Shown here in pieces: positions 37,159-37,835 of a DNA stretch of 37,835 nt (positions are counted from its first letter, which is position 1; each line of letters begins with the position of its first letter). This DNA is from Circinaria calcarea (lineage: Eukaryota): contig JAVECS010000032.1 of NCBI GenBank assembly GCA_051942165.1, forward strand, positions 1 through 37,835, written 5' to 3'. Both the position numbers and the translations under genes were made by a program. Below the pieces are notes generated by a model that ran no database searches, was not told the DNA's origin, and saw only the letters and a program-made list of their open reading frames with translations.

Positions 37159-37835
37159 CGTCACTCCCATAACCGTGCCCCACTAAGCTTCCGCTTAGTG
37201 CCCAACAGCTCAACGAGAATCACAGCTCAACAACAAAATTTTTAATTATTTTCCACATTACCATTCAGAGTGTTACTATTCAATAACGAATATACCGGAC
37301 ACATATTATGATATTGAAGATCGAATTCATGAAGCTATTAACACTATTCAACGCGATCAGAAGCCTAATATCTCGAAATTAGCGCGCGATTTCAACGTCC
37401 CTACGCAACAACTTCGTGAAAGATGGAAAGGACGTCCATCTAAAGAGGAGCGCATACCCTCGAATCGAGTACTTTCTACTGCACAAAAACTTGCACTATA
37501 CCAATTTCTAGATTAAATAGATCAAGGTGGCCTTAAAATAAAGCGTAAATCAATAGCAATCACGGCCAATACAATAATAAAACAAAATCACACGGCTGAA
37601 ACCCCCGCACCTACCGTATCGTATGTGTAATTATTACGTTTCCTCCAACTATAAGAATCCTTTACGAATAATATAATAATTTTACGATAAAGGTCGGTAA
37701 ATATAAGGGCGCTGCAATTCTTGGGGCCTATTAAGAAATATAATAAATCCCGATTAATAATAATACGGTTATATAAAATATAATTAAATTATTATTTTAA
37801 ATTTATTATAATTCCATAAATATATTATATTATTT
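37159..37835 (+). mobile_element. Degenerate pogo/Fot1-type (Tc1/mariner superfamily) DNA transposon 5' part, RIP-mutated, grading into AT-rich DNA
   Basis: Frame from 37292: (ATA)PDTYYDIEDRIHEAINTIQRDQKPNISKLARDFNVPTQQLRERWKGR..NRVLSTAQKLALYQFLD*IDQGG..IAITANTII..PTVSYV*LLRFL, resembling HTH_psq plus CENP-B HTH. Left boundary is approximate. Confidence 0.85.

Noticed and set aside
1..37835. tRNA, rRNA, CRISPR arrays, secondary-metabolite or Starship genes
   Set aside because: None recognised; the region is eukaryotic housekeeping sequence.

Overview
Intron-rich, gene-dense housekeeping region of a filamentous ascomycete (Pezizomycotina-type splice signals GTRNGT/CTRAY/YAG). I reconstructed 19 spliced protein-coding genes by hand, in order: TUP1/rcoA(-), FLX1-like carrier(-), TOM7(-, missed by the ORF track), HSH49(+), DUF2015(-), RPL28e(+), cytosolic MDH(+), TRS33(-), SIZ/PIAS SUMO ligase(-), DUF2423(+), GPI7(+), RMP1(-), MEI2-like(-), SEC15(+), HAP5/hapE(-), FCF2(+), PNP1(-), RSM10(+), MSW1(+). 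The window ends in a RIP-damaged pogo/Fot1-type transposon relic. The most interesting signals are at RNA level: (1) a cryptic MDH intron overlapping the stop codon with tandem TAGGTAG acceptors, switching the C-terminus between -QK and PTS1-like -QKL; (2) a box C/D snoRNA (snR63/U46-type guide) in FCF2 intron 2; (3) a nearly fully base-paired hapE intron before a 14-nt microexon; (4) adjacent GC-AG and GT-GAG introns in the MEI2 C-terminal RRM; (5) frequent AAG acceptors and a GATAAG motif in most promoters. Exon boundaries were read by eye; no searches were run.
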